Assembly: GCA_027923505.1 (NCBI GenBank)
Contig: BROI01000005.1
Coordinates: 496,001-560,000, forward strand
Reading direction: 5' to 3'
DNA: 64,000 bases
Origin: Mayamaea pseudoterrestris
Lineage: Eukaryota
Positions 46,173-56,707 of this stretch are shown one piece after another. Within the stretch, counting starts at the first letter, position 1. The number at the start of each line of letters is the position of its first letter. A program made the translations under genes and the position numbers. The notes beneath the pieces were generated by a model, which did no database searches, had not been told where the DNA came from, and was given only the letters and a program-made list of their open reading frames with translations.

Positions 46173-47857
46173 ATGAAGACTTTGGCTCCGTCCACCTGCT
46201 GCTCTCATCGCATTCGCTGCACCAACGGTGACGGCCTTTGCATCGTCGACTGGCGTCGATGCTGCTGCGCAACCAGCTCAAACGAATGAAGTGTTGACAA
46301 GCCTTGCAATTGCTGCTGATTTGGATCTATTAACGGAGAGTGAGGCCACGACGAACTCGGGAGGTTCGTAATCGTGTATTTGCCAAAAATTGCATTTACG
46401 TGTCTTGACACAATCACTCATGATACGCTCCCTTCGTCTCTGTTGCGGGGGCTATCTCGTAGCGCCGCTTCCAAGGTCTTCAAGTTCCGTCGTTGGTTTT
46501 CCATTCATCACGCGGAAGTGGAGTTCGAGAAGGCTTGCTATTCCGGGGCCGACGGAACCTGCCTCGATCGACTTCACCGACGGAACCTGTCGCCAGAAGC
46601 TGCTGTTTTGTAACGGGGGAGTGCTATTCGGCTGCTGCGGCTGCCATGGCGCATTCACCAAATACCTCCTGCGTTCCGGTATCCCCGTTTCCAGCTTGCG
46701 TAAGAATTTGTTTATGCTGAGTGGCGATGATGCGGTCTGGCACATTATGCGCGTTGCTGGAGGACTCGATTCGCTCATTGTCGGTGAAGGGCAAATTCTG
46801 TCACAAGTGCGACAGTGCTACTTGCATTCGGTGGAAGACGATGGTTGTGGTGGAAAGGTGCTTTCCCGCTTACTGAATAATGCACTGGCCGCAGGAAAGC
46901 GCGTCCGTGCAGAGACGGGCATTAGCAAGGGATCCGTTTCAATTTCGTCTGCGGCTGTGGAACTGAGCGAATTGCTGGCTCAGCAGGATTTGCAATTGCC
47001 ATTTTCAGAATGCCGATTGGCTGCAGTGGGTGCAGGTAAAATGACAAGATTACTCATTACACACTTGGCAAGTCGCGGACTGCAGAAGTTCACCATTGTA
47101 AATCGCAGCCTTCAGCGTCCGCAGGAGCTTGCGGAACAGTTTCCTGACGTCGAGATTGAAGTCAAGCTCATGGATGACCTTTGGGATGTTGTCGCGCGTT
47201 CCGATATCGTCTACACTGCGACATCGTCTGTCGACTATGTTATTGACGAGCAAAAACTTGAAGAGAATGGAGTAGTGGGTGGACGGCCACTCATGCTTGT
47301 TGATATCTCTGTACCTCGTAACGTTGGAGAAGATTGCAACGATGTAAGTGATTTTTCTACAAGATAAGGATTTATATCTCTGGATCACTCTAAACCGCTT
47401 GCTCCAATCCATTCAGATCCAAAACGTCCACGCATACAATGTTGATGACTTGAAGGCGGTGGTTGCGAAAAATACGCAAATGCGCCAGAAAGAGATGATT
47501 GAAGCGGAGAACCTTCTTCGCGAAGAAGCGCAAGCGTTCATGGCCTGGCGCGAATCGCTGTCTGCTATTCCAACTATAAATCAGCTGCAAGAGCGCGCTA
47601 ATGCCTTTCGTGAGGAAGAACTCAAGCGCTGCACGAAAAAGCTGTCCAACGCTAATCTCAGCGACAAGGAACTTGAAGCTGTTGAACGTCTTTCGCGCGG
47701 CATCGTGAATAAGCTTCTACATGGCCCTATGGCACACTTACGCAAGACGGAAAGCATTGAAGGAAAACAGGCAACATTAAAGGAGTTGAACGCCATGTTC
47801 CGACTGGAGGACGAAGATTCAAAGGGTCGCGGACGCAACGCTCGTCGCAGGAGATGA
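46173..47857 (+). pseudogene. hemA: Second hemA copy; first ~500 bp frameshifted, remainder intact
   Basis: Same protein from RSGIPVSSLRK onward; upstream indels remove STCNR. Confidence 0.85.
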
Positions 47858-47913
47858 GTTGTAAATAGAAATTTAGATTAGTCTTACGTATGATTCGATA
47901 TGATATCACTCGA

Positions 47914-49641
47914 CTATAAAGCTGCAGGACTATGTGCAGACGAGTACGAAGGCAGGGCATAGGTATAATGCCCCCTACCATGCCTCTGATAGCTAAAGCT
48001 TTGTGCACTATCGGCGGATGGATTTTCGTCGATAACTTCGTCCGAATTATCTACAGCATTGACTCCAAGCAACAATTTTTCAAGTCGTTCAAGAGTTTTT
48101 TGAGCGGCCGTCAACTTTGGGTTGATGCCCAATGCCCTGTTGTAACAGTCCATTGCATTCCTGTACTGTTCACAGCGTGCGTATATCTCACCGAGGCGAC
48201 AGAAGATGAGTGAATGGCCAAACAATCGGTCTTGTGACAACGTGTTCCCCTCCAGAGCAATATGGAGCAAATTGATGCATGCATCATACTCTCTTTGTTC
48301 TTCATGGATTCCAACCAAGGCAAACAACGGTCGCAAGAGGGAAGGATCAATGGATAGCGCCTTTTGAAAGGTGCGCTTCGCTTTGTCAATTGCGGTTGCC
48401 CGCGCAACGTCTTGGCGATGCGATGCACCCTTGTACAAGGCCATACCGACAAGAGTAACAGCTCGAGGATCTCTCGGTGCGGCTGAGATTGCTTCCCTAG
48501 CGGATGCAATGGCCTCCCTATATTGTCCGGCCCCGATGTATGCATCCACAAGACCCTCATAGCAAGCCACATCAAGCTGAATCTCGTTCGAGCGAAAGAA
48601 GGAAACTGAAGCATGTGTTGGTCGTTTGTCCGCCATCAAAATTGCACCTTTGAGACGATGGGCATACGCATGCCTTTGATCCAACGAAATAGCCTTGTCG
48701 ACAAAAGCCAGAGCCTTTTCGTGATCTTCGTGAACTTCATGATACAGAGCCAGTGTCGTCCAAGCCTCAGGACGAGTATCATCCATTATCAAAAGCGATT
48801 CGGCGAGCTCATTCAAAGCACTAATGTTTTGCTCCCGGGCAAGGAGCTGTCCATATTCGTCCATACAGTCCATTGTCTCTTCTAAAGCCCGTGCCTTAGC
48901 AAAAATGATTTCGGCGTTTAGCTCGTCGTATAGTTGAAGATACACAAGGGCCAGCTTGAGAAGCAAATAGACGTTGTCGGGATATGCATCGTTAAGGTTT
49001 GACAAGTTTTGGAGCGCAATCGAGCTTTGAAGCTGACGCGACGCAGAAGTCGCCGTTATCAGTTCCGTAAAGTGGCTAAAGTCGTCTTCGGACAGGCCAC
49101 GTTTATTTAGTCCTGCATTAAATGCTTGGAGGGTTTTGGTTCGGTCGATGCCCAGAATCGCTAAACGTTCCGCTGCTTCCATGGCGAATGGATTGTCGAG
49201 CAGTGCATCCAGAAAGCATGCTGCGGCAAGGTCTTTTCGTTGCGAATCCAAGTACAGATTTCCTAGCATCATATTGACGGCTAGCGTCCTGTTTGAGCTT
49301 GGAATTTCTTCCAGTACAGTTGAAGCTTCCACCAACGACCCAAGCTCCTTGAGGCACTGAGCTTCCTTGAAGCGAAATCTCGGTTCATTGTAAGGACATG
49401 CTTTACGGTAGAAGCTCTTAGCCTGGTAGTATCGTTTTCTTCCGAAGGCGCAGTCCCCGAGCAAACTCAGCGCCAAGTCAGGCTGCCTTTGCTCCGACTC
49501 GGCTACGGACAAATCCATGCGAGCGAGAATTTCGCAGCTGACGTACTGATGCTGACGTAAAAGTCGCAGGCTTTCTAGTTGTACTGGCGACGCCTGTTGG
49601 CGCCAATCCGCATAATATTCGTCGTCTGAGACTATTGCCAT
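47914..49641 (-). CDS. ANAPC7: Second copy of the APC7-like TPR gene, intact
   Basis: Matches 22183-23910 with a few substitutions (e.g. RRAYP vs RKACP). Confidence 0.7.
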   Translation of the reverse strand: MAIVSDDEYYADWRQQASPVQLESLRLLRQHQYVSCEILARMDLSVAESEQRQPDLALSLLGDCAFGRKRYYQAKSFYRKACPYNEPRFRFKEAQCLKELGSLVEASTVLEEIPSSNRTLAVNMMLGNLYLDSQRKDLAAACFLDALLDNPFAMEAAERLAILGIDRTKTLQAFNAGLNKRGLSEDDFSHFTELITATSASRQLQSSIALQNLSNLNDAYPDNVYLLLKLALVYLQLYDELNAEIIFAKARALEETMDCMDEYGQLLAREQNISALNELAESLLIMDDTRPEAWTTLALYHEVHEDHEKALAFVDKAISLDQRHAYAHRLKGAILMADKRPTHASVSFFRSNEIQLDVACYEGLVDAYIGAGQYREAIASAREAISAAPRDPRAVTLVGMALYKGASHRQDVARATAIDKAKRTFQKALSIDPSLLRPLFALVGIHEEQREYDACINLLHIALEGNTLSQDRLFGHSLIFCRLGEIYARCEQYRNAMDCYNRALGINPKLTAAQKTLERLEKLLLGVNAVDNSDEVIDENPSADSAQSFSYQRHGRGHYTYALPSYSSAHSPAAL

Positions 49642-49868
49642 TATGATCGGGTCTTGAAGTACAAGCAAAGTGTAGTGACAGTTTCTGGGGTGTGTTTCGA
49701 GATGACCGGATGATCGTGCATCGTGTGGCGATGCAACGAATCTATGGTCGGCAATGTAATTCACGCTTGTCGCACCGGTAATGTCACGCCCCATAAAACG
49801 CCAAACGATCCTGATGGTTTCCTGCCAAATAATCCATCTCCTCGTCCTGGCTGCTGTTGACCATTACG

Positions 49869-50867
49869 ATGATCCATAAAACAATCATCTTATTGATCGT
49901 TCTTTCAGCAATCCATAAAACTCTTGCTCTGGTCGCATGCCCGCCTCCGCAACGTCTTCAAAATCTATTGAACTCGCCTGCAACTTTGGCTAGTAAAACT
50001 CCGATCCTACTTCCATGTTGCTACGATGGCATTACGGCCCGTCTCATTGCTCGTGCTAAATTCCAGGCAACGTTCATGACAGGCTTTGGTGTATCTGCAA
50101 GCTTGGGCTTTCCCGATACACAGCTAATATCATACGCGGAGATGCAGCGCGCGGCCGGCACTGTGTCGGAGGGACTAATCAATGCGGCCCTTGAGCTTGG
50201 CGTTGACTCGATTCCATGCATTGCAGATGGTGACACAGGCTATGGAAACGCTGTCAATGCGAAACGGACTCTTTTTGGCTATGCGCGTGCTGGGATGGCG
50301 GGTATCATGATAGAAGATCAAATGGCTCCCAAGCGTTGTGGTCACGTCAGAGGCAAGAGTGTCATAAGTTTCAAAGAAGCAGTCATGCGAGTCAAGGCGG
50401 CATGCAATGCTCGCGATGAGTATAGTGAGCAGTTCGGAATAGGCACGGGTCCTCTCGTCCTGGCGAGGACCGATGCCCTCGTCACTGACGGTTTTGATGC
50501 TGCCATTGAGCGATGCCTTGCTTTCCGCGAGGTCGGCGCAGACATGACATTTCTGGAAGCGCCACAGTCAGTGGACCAAATGAATGAGTATTGTAGGCGT
50601 GTTGAGGGTCCAAAGCTAGCCAATATGTTAGAGTATGGGTCGACACCCATTCTACCTCCGCGAGAGCTCAAGGCAATGGGTTACACCATGGTAGCTTATC
50701 CGCTTACATTATTATCCGCGTCGATCAACACAATGCAAAAAGCTCTTGGCAGGATTTACAATGGAGAATCTACTGACGATCTAATCTGCAGCTTTGAGAG
50801 AACAAAGGATGCCGTTGGTTTTACGAGGTATAGCGCGGAAGAGTCGAGATATTCTGTCGATGTGTAA
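49869..50867 (+). CDS. Second copy of the ICL/PEP mutase family gene, intact
   Basis: Matches 24134-25132; FLEAPQ here vs FLETPQ. Confidence 0.88.
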   Translation: MIHKTIILLIVLSAIHKTLALVACPPPQRLQNLLNSPATLASKTPILLPCCYDGITARLIARAKFQATFMTGFGVSASLGFPDTQLISYAEMQRAAGTVSEGLINAALELGVDSIPCIADGDTGYGNAVNAKRTLFGYARAGMAGIMIEDQMAPKRCGHVRGKSVISFKEAVMRVKAACNARDEYSEQFGIGTGPLVLARTDALVTDGFDAAIERCLAFREVGADMTFLEAPQSVDQMNEYCRRVEGPKLANMLEYGSTPILPPRELKAMGYTMVAYPLTLLSASINTMQKALGRIYNGESTDDLICSFERTKDAVGFTRYSAEESRYSVDV

Positions 50868-51153
50868 AATCATGCATTTAACATCAGTCCTAGCAGGATA
50901 TTTTTCATAGCAGGTACTAGCACTACCGCTGTTCTCAAAAAGGATGCGCCAAAAGGTATAGCTGCTTTATTTCGCCCCTGTCACAGACGGCGGGTAGAAG
51001 ATCGATTCGTCAAGTCATGGTGCGACTTTTCGAATCAGATTTCTGCGATTGTGAGCGCGCGGGCGCGCAGTCGCACGAGCAGTTTCTCTTTCACGTTGCC
51101 TTCAGTTTTCATTTTCCTTGAAGCCTCTAAGGTAGGCGACAGGACTGGCTGCC

Positions 51154-52557
51154 ATGATCACCTTATTCTCAATGTTTTTCGGTCGAAACAATGGCAGACG
51201 AGAGGAGACGATAGTAGCTTCTTTGACGGCTTACCAAGGCATGTTGGTTGACGAGGAGAACGGCCGCAAGCGCGCTCTCGTTGATGATGCATCGTCGCCG
51301 ACGCCGAATGGCATCTCGGTGCCGAGGCTTGTAGCCACATCAGGACAAGAGGACAATATTGAATCTGAACGTCCATTGAAAAGATCAAGAGGCGAGTTTC
51401 TTGCTCAGTCTGTAGTTCATTTCGAGGGAGAGGTGGCGCAGTTTGAAACTTACCAGGACTTTGAGCCAAGAGCTCCGGCTTGTTCGCCCTTTCAGCTTCT
51501 ACCCGAAGACATTGTAGCAAACTGCTTGTCGTTTCTTGGAGGCGTGGACGACCGTTTTGCTGTGCAGTGCACATCAAAGCAATTTCAACGTATTTCGAAC
51601 ACGGAGCCGCTTCTTTCAAATATTGCAGTCGGAGGCGACAAGCAGACTGGTCGTCATGGCATTATCAAGGACGAGGATTCTGCGGAAACAGCGTCAAAAC
51701 TCTTGACACCATATGCCGATGCTGGTAATCTTGAAGCAATTTACATGTGCGTGTCATCATAAATGGGCTGAAAATTTGTCTCCGCAATCTCACCAAATAT
51801 TCATCTTTCACGGTTTTTGGCAGGCTGGGAATTATATTGAGCTATTGTCGGCAGGACGTGAAGCAAGGGATTTGTTTATTACAACAAGCAGCATCTGGAG
51901 GTTTCGTTCGCGCTTCGTATGCACTTGGGCTTGCTCTTCGCGATACGGAGCCCGAGACTGCATCCAAGTATATGAAAGCTGCTGCCGACGCAGAGTATAT
52001 TCCGGCCCTACAGGAGCTTCTTTCGCCTCGAAGGATGAAAGAGTTGCATGGGGAACCTAAGGCTGACGAGCTGCGTCTGCACCTTGATCCTCTCTGCTTG
52101 AACCGGCTGTTGACCCGGCATTATACTGTAACGGCGCGTTTGCGAGATCTCAACACGAGTCACTGCTGGAATCCGCTTTGCGGTCGCTGGGCATTTAAAA
52201 TAATTGTTCCAACTCATCGTGAACCCCATGACCATTTTGGGGTCGATCCATTGTTGCCGGCTCGTAGCGGTGGATATGTGTTTCCTTCACACTTTGCTTC
52301 TTACGATGGTCAGTCTGACCCCAATGTCAAGAAGGAAGCTGGCGACCTTCGTGTGTCACGTATGAAGTAAGTAGCCTGATTGAGAATGGACGTGTTGAGT
52401 GTCCTATCCGTTATTTTGCATGTGCTCAATTGCTGGCTACGGCTTATGTGTGCACAGAATGTGTAGTCGTTGCTGCCGCGCCAAGTACTGCAGCAAACTC
52501 TGCCAAGTATACGACTGGAGATCCAATCGTCACAAGATGGAATGCCAGTTTTTGTAA
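51154..52557 (+). CDS. Second copy of the F-box/Sel1/MYND gene, intact
   Basis: Matches 25418-26821 with the same intron positions. Confidence 0.85.
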
Positions 52558-52750
52558 TCACTTTATGTTGGAACGCCTACGAGTATTGATACAAGCGGTA
52601 GGCCTTTGGTCACGAGTAGAATGGCTGGTAAATTTGAAAGACGACATGTCTTTGTTATAAGTTGTAAGCTGATATCGATAACACGCGGTAGTTTTTATCT
52701 GTAATTGTAACCGGCAGCACTCAAAAAAGCTAGCGCAACAGTCAAACAAC

Positions 52751-54195
52751 TCATTTGGGACCGAAGCGACGCTTGCGTTTCATCAATTTGTTCATTTGCT
52801 GTATAAGCTCCGCTAACTCGTCTACAAGCCAAGCTTGTTGCCGCTTCAGCACGGCGATATCCTCGCCATTATGCTCTTCTACCAATTGGTTAGTTTCATT
52901 CAGTTTGTGCGCAAGTCGCTTATTAATTTCCGCCTTGTTCCGTTCAGTAATTAAACAATCGTACTTCATCGCGGCCATATTGGTGTCTTTCAATCGATTA
53001 ACACTCATCTCCATCCCCTGATTCCACGACATTTTCTTCACTTGAACTTGGACCTTCCCGACTTCGCCAATCTGCGCTCCAACCACCTGGTTTGGTTCCA
53101 TCCAGATTGCCCGCACGTCGCTCAATTTCCGCCTCGTTCCGTTCAATGATCAAGCGATCGTACTTGATCGCGGCTTTGTTGGTTTCTGCCAAACATTCAT
53201 CAACCGCTGCCACGACAATGTCTTCACTTCAGCTTCGACCTGCCCGTTCGGGCCCCAACAAGGCGGCACATCTGTGACAACGGCGGAAGTCAAGTATGCC
53301 TTGCTGTTGCGAGACGCCAACTTCGTTGGTATCATAGCATTCATGGCAGAGGTAGTATCTATGGCAGCTTTGAGTTTATAAATCTTCTTGCTGCGGTTCG
53401 CGATCATTATCGCGCGCTTGTCTGCAGCCCACTTAAGATACTCGCTGCTCGCAACAAGGTGGAGGCAAGCTCGAAGATCAGTCTTGTACTTTAACTCTAG
53501 CTTCTTCAACACGATCCAGCTCCATTTTTGGGACTCAACGACTTGCCAAGATCAGCATGAGCGCAATAGCAGTCGAACAATTCATTCCAAACGACCATGG
53601 CTGTGTATTCGCACCAAGATAAGAGGTGGCGCCCGTCCTCGCACATAATGCCAAGAGAGGCGTGTCGGCTTTTCTCGAACCCGATCACAGGAATGCCCAA
53701 AGCCATGGCGTCGCGAATCTGCGTCACTTGCAGCCGGGTATCGCTAGACGGTACGGTTTTCTGTAGAAAGCGCAAGCTCGTTTTAAGGCCGTTTGTAGGA
53801 AAGAATTCAATCGCAATTTCATTGCGATAGGCCATCATTTGACCAAAGAACGAGCCTTCTTTAAGCTCGTTTTTGTTCTTGCTTTCGAACTCTTTGTCCA
53901 ATGATTTAAGCGACGCTTAGTCCGTCTTGTACTCGGCGCAATCCGGCCGGTACCCCATGGTGTGTCCCAGAAATCGGACTTTCGGGGCCGAAGTTGGATC
54001 GCTGACGGAGCGAGATGGCTTCATGGCTGACATGGAAGGAGTCGCGGACGGCGGAGGAGGCAGCTTCGGCTTGTCAAGCTGTAGAACCAGATCCAGGTCG
54101 ATTGTTATCGTCTTCTTGAGCCGACGTTTCTGCTGGGTCACAGGCGTTTTGCCCGATTCGTGGCGGCTCGATCGAAAATTGCGCATCGGCGACAT
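52751..54195 (-). pseudogene. Disrupted second copy of the coiled-coil gene
   Basis: CAA to TAA stop at 53917-53919 plus indels near 53525, 53195 and 53095 break it into four ORFs. Confidence 0.85.
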
Positions 54196-54366
54196 GAAGG
54201 ATTGCACCGAGCGACTGCGTGGCAGTTCGAATGGAATACAGTACACCTTGGCATGTTTACACTTACACTGGCTCTCAGGAGCAAAAGGATTATCTTGATG
54301 GCGCACTAAAGCTAAGATGATGGCTTTGACTACCGGTAGGTCCTGCGGTGCTGGGAACTAACTGTA

Positions 54367-55282
54367 AAACACATTCGCGGAGCGGGGAGGTGGTAGGATC
54401 AACGCTTTTAGGGAGCAGTGGCATTCGCGCGCTTCGCGCGCGCAAACACTGCCAAACCGCGGACAAAAGTAAAATTAATACTGGCCTCATACCATTTTGC
54501 ATATTTGTAGCCAGAATCTTGATGGGTATATGCCAACAATCTTGTCTTTATGGAACAAAAGGAAAGACTATAGATTGTTTAGAGATTGAACAGTAATCAA
54601 TGGCTTTTTTGAGAGCCTACTCCTAACTGTAAAATAACTGTACAATAAAGCAATGTTACTTGGGATAGCTAACAGGGTCATTGCGAGGGGTGGCGGGGAG
54701 GTGGTAGGATCAATGGTTTTGCAAAGCCTACAACAACTTTTGCGCGCTCCGCGCGCACAAAAAATACTGATAAACTGTGAAAAGCAAAGAAATTGTTGAG
54801 ATAGCTAACACGGTCATTGGTGAGGGTCATTTGCATGCGTAAAGCGAAACGTCATGCAGGCGCAGTGGCAGCACACCAATTAATGTCGTGAAGCATGTTC
54901 GGATAGATCCTACCACAAACACATTCGCGGGGCGGGGAGGTGGTAGGATCAATGGTCTCACAAAGCCTGCAATGCCTTTTGCGCGCTACGCGCGCACAAA
55001 CACTGCCAAACAGTAGACTCAGTGGACTTCAAAGCAAACATTGGTAGGTTTGATGCCAACAACGCTTGTCTATATGGAACCAAAGGAGAGGCAAGAGATT
55101 GCAGAAATTGAGTGGTAAGCAAGGCTTAAGAGCAAACTTTAAAGTAAAGCAATGTGTTTTGGGATAGCTAGCACGGTCATTGTGAGGGGTCATTGCATGC
55201 GACCAAAACCTGACGTCACTCGCGTCGCAGTGGCAGCAACCTATTAATGTCGTGAAGCATGTTCGGATAAATCCTACCACAA
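54367..55282. repeat. Degenerate three-unit tandem array with inverted repeats and a GC hairpin (non-autonomous TE-like)
   Basis: GCGGGGAGGTGGTAGGATCAA x3; GATAGCTA.CA.GGTCATTG x3; ATTAATGTCGTGAAGCATGTTCGGATA.ATCCTACCAC x2. Confidence 0.8.
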
Positions 55283-55290
55283 TAACTGGG

Positions 55291-55893
55291 TGTTACAGAG
55301 AGTGACAAGCTTGGTGCTGCACTGGGCTTGGAGCTTGGATCACTCGGTGGACACTTCTTGGTGAGTGACAAGCTGGGAGCCTCGGCCGTCTCTCAACTTC
55401 AGGCTCCTGACACAATATAATTGAGTTGAGTTGACCTGCGTCTCATGACAAGACAGTTAGCTACCTGTGTTTTGTATGCATTTAATCCTGTGCAGGGTTG
55501 CGTCACACTTGTGACCAAATCCTCACATACATGAAGGAAATTGCTGACGATTGAGGCGTGAACCTCGACAGTGAACCCAGTGAGAACGGAGAAGAAGAGC
55601 ACAAGTAGAGTAGCAAGTAACATGCACTATTCTAGCAATTGAGTTTGTTTGTTTGCTTTATGCTGGACGAAGAGGTTGATCGCTCCTAGTCCATTGTAGT
55701 TGCGAAAGCAAGTTCGAGCGACAGTCATTCGACAAACTATCATTCGACTGGTTCGGTTCCTCAAGACGACAGTGCCCCGTTTGCGTGGCTCCCTGGAAAC
55801 ATTGTGACGCATTCAATCATTAAACCAGTTCTTCTCTCGATTCGTCGCAACACTCGGGCTCCTATGGAGACTGACATTGGCGCCTGGTGGGAC
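55291..55893 (+). mobile_element. Probable unpaired LTR (55291-55876) followed by a tRNA-type PBS
   Basis: Starts TGTTACA, ends CTGACA, then T-TGGCGCCTGGTGGGAC resembling Lys-type PBS motifs; no partner LTR in the window. Confidence 0.45.
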
Positions 55894-56247
55894 CAGTGCT
55901 ACAATTCGATGATTTTCATTTCATTCGCGTGAAACAAGCTACGCACCCAGTTTCTATGGTGTGCAGTTCGCGGACATCCCGAGGCATTCGCCATTTGTTC
56001 GCCGGCGACGAAACGAATATTCCCTACCCGACATTCGAAAACCAAGTGGTTGATCCTCCTGTCAGTGTCCTGGCGACGTTAGCCATGGAAAATCATGCCA
56101 TGTGCACCCAACCTCAAGGCTTCATTCTCCCGACTGGCCACTGTTTCCCTCTGCACTAGCATCTTCGGAACAGAAATCCAAGAGGCATTTTACTATTGGA
56201 GAGTAACTACCACAACACAGATGTTGAGATCGACCAAGGAGCAACTT

Positions 56248-56560
56248 TTGCAGGATGCGAACGAAAACAGCGAAAATCGGGCAAGTCACACCGAATGTCC
56301 GATAGGGTGACACAGCGGCACTCGCGGCTCACCACAGCCTCACGATCGCGTGATGCGTGGCAGCGACGGCTTCGAAACGATTCAACGAGTATATTGCTGA
56401 AACTAGTGCGATATAGAGTAGAAACAAGCAGACTTACTAAGCTTGAAGAGTTAAGAAAGCGATTTATTCGTCTCTCGTATTGTAGCAACTGCAAGCTTGG
56501 ATTGGCCATCCAAGGACAGCTACAAGCGAAAGGTGCAACGATTTGATTTACAAGTTACAA
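56248..56560 (+). repeat. 5' LTR of copia element 2
   Basis: TTGCAGGATG...GTTACAA, matches 62521-62833. Confidence 0.93.
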
Positions 56561-56707
56561 GATTAACAGTCTTGAGACTCATTGCCTCGGCATAGAGACT
56601 TTATCGACGAAGAGTACTATTGATTTACGAAGTAACGTGGACGCACGTTGGTTCTTGGCCCGGAAAGTTCCGCAGGTGATAGCAAGAACATTGTCACGAC
56701 GACAACG

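Larger units (their letters stand above)
45654..54197. repeat. Second copy of 19884-28476 (segmental duplication or mis-joined haplotype)
   Basis: Indel-rich to about 46670, near-identical from about 46670 to 52750, more diverged from about 53000 to 54197. Confidence 0.95.

Noticed and set aside
54367..55282. CRISPR-like array
   Set aside because: Eukaryotic context, long irregular spacing, the inter-repeat sequences are homologous to each other, and there are no cas genes
56196..56546. ORFs of about 100 aa on both strands of the copia 2 LTRs (and the antisense ORF in the copia 1 LTRs)
   Set aside because: They recur only because the LTRs are repeated; no recognisable motifs
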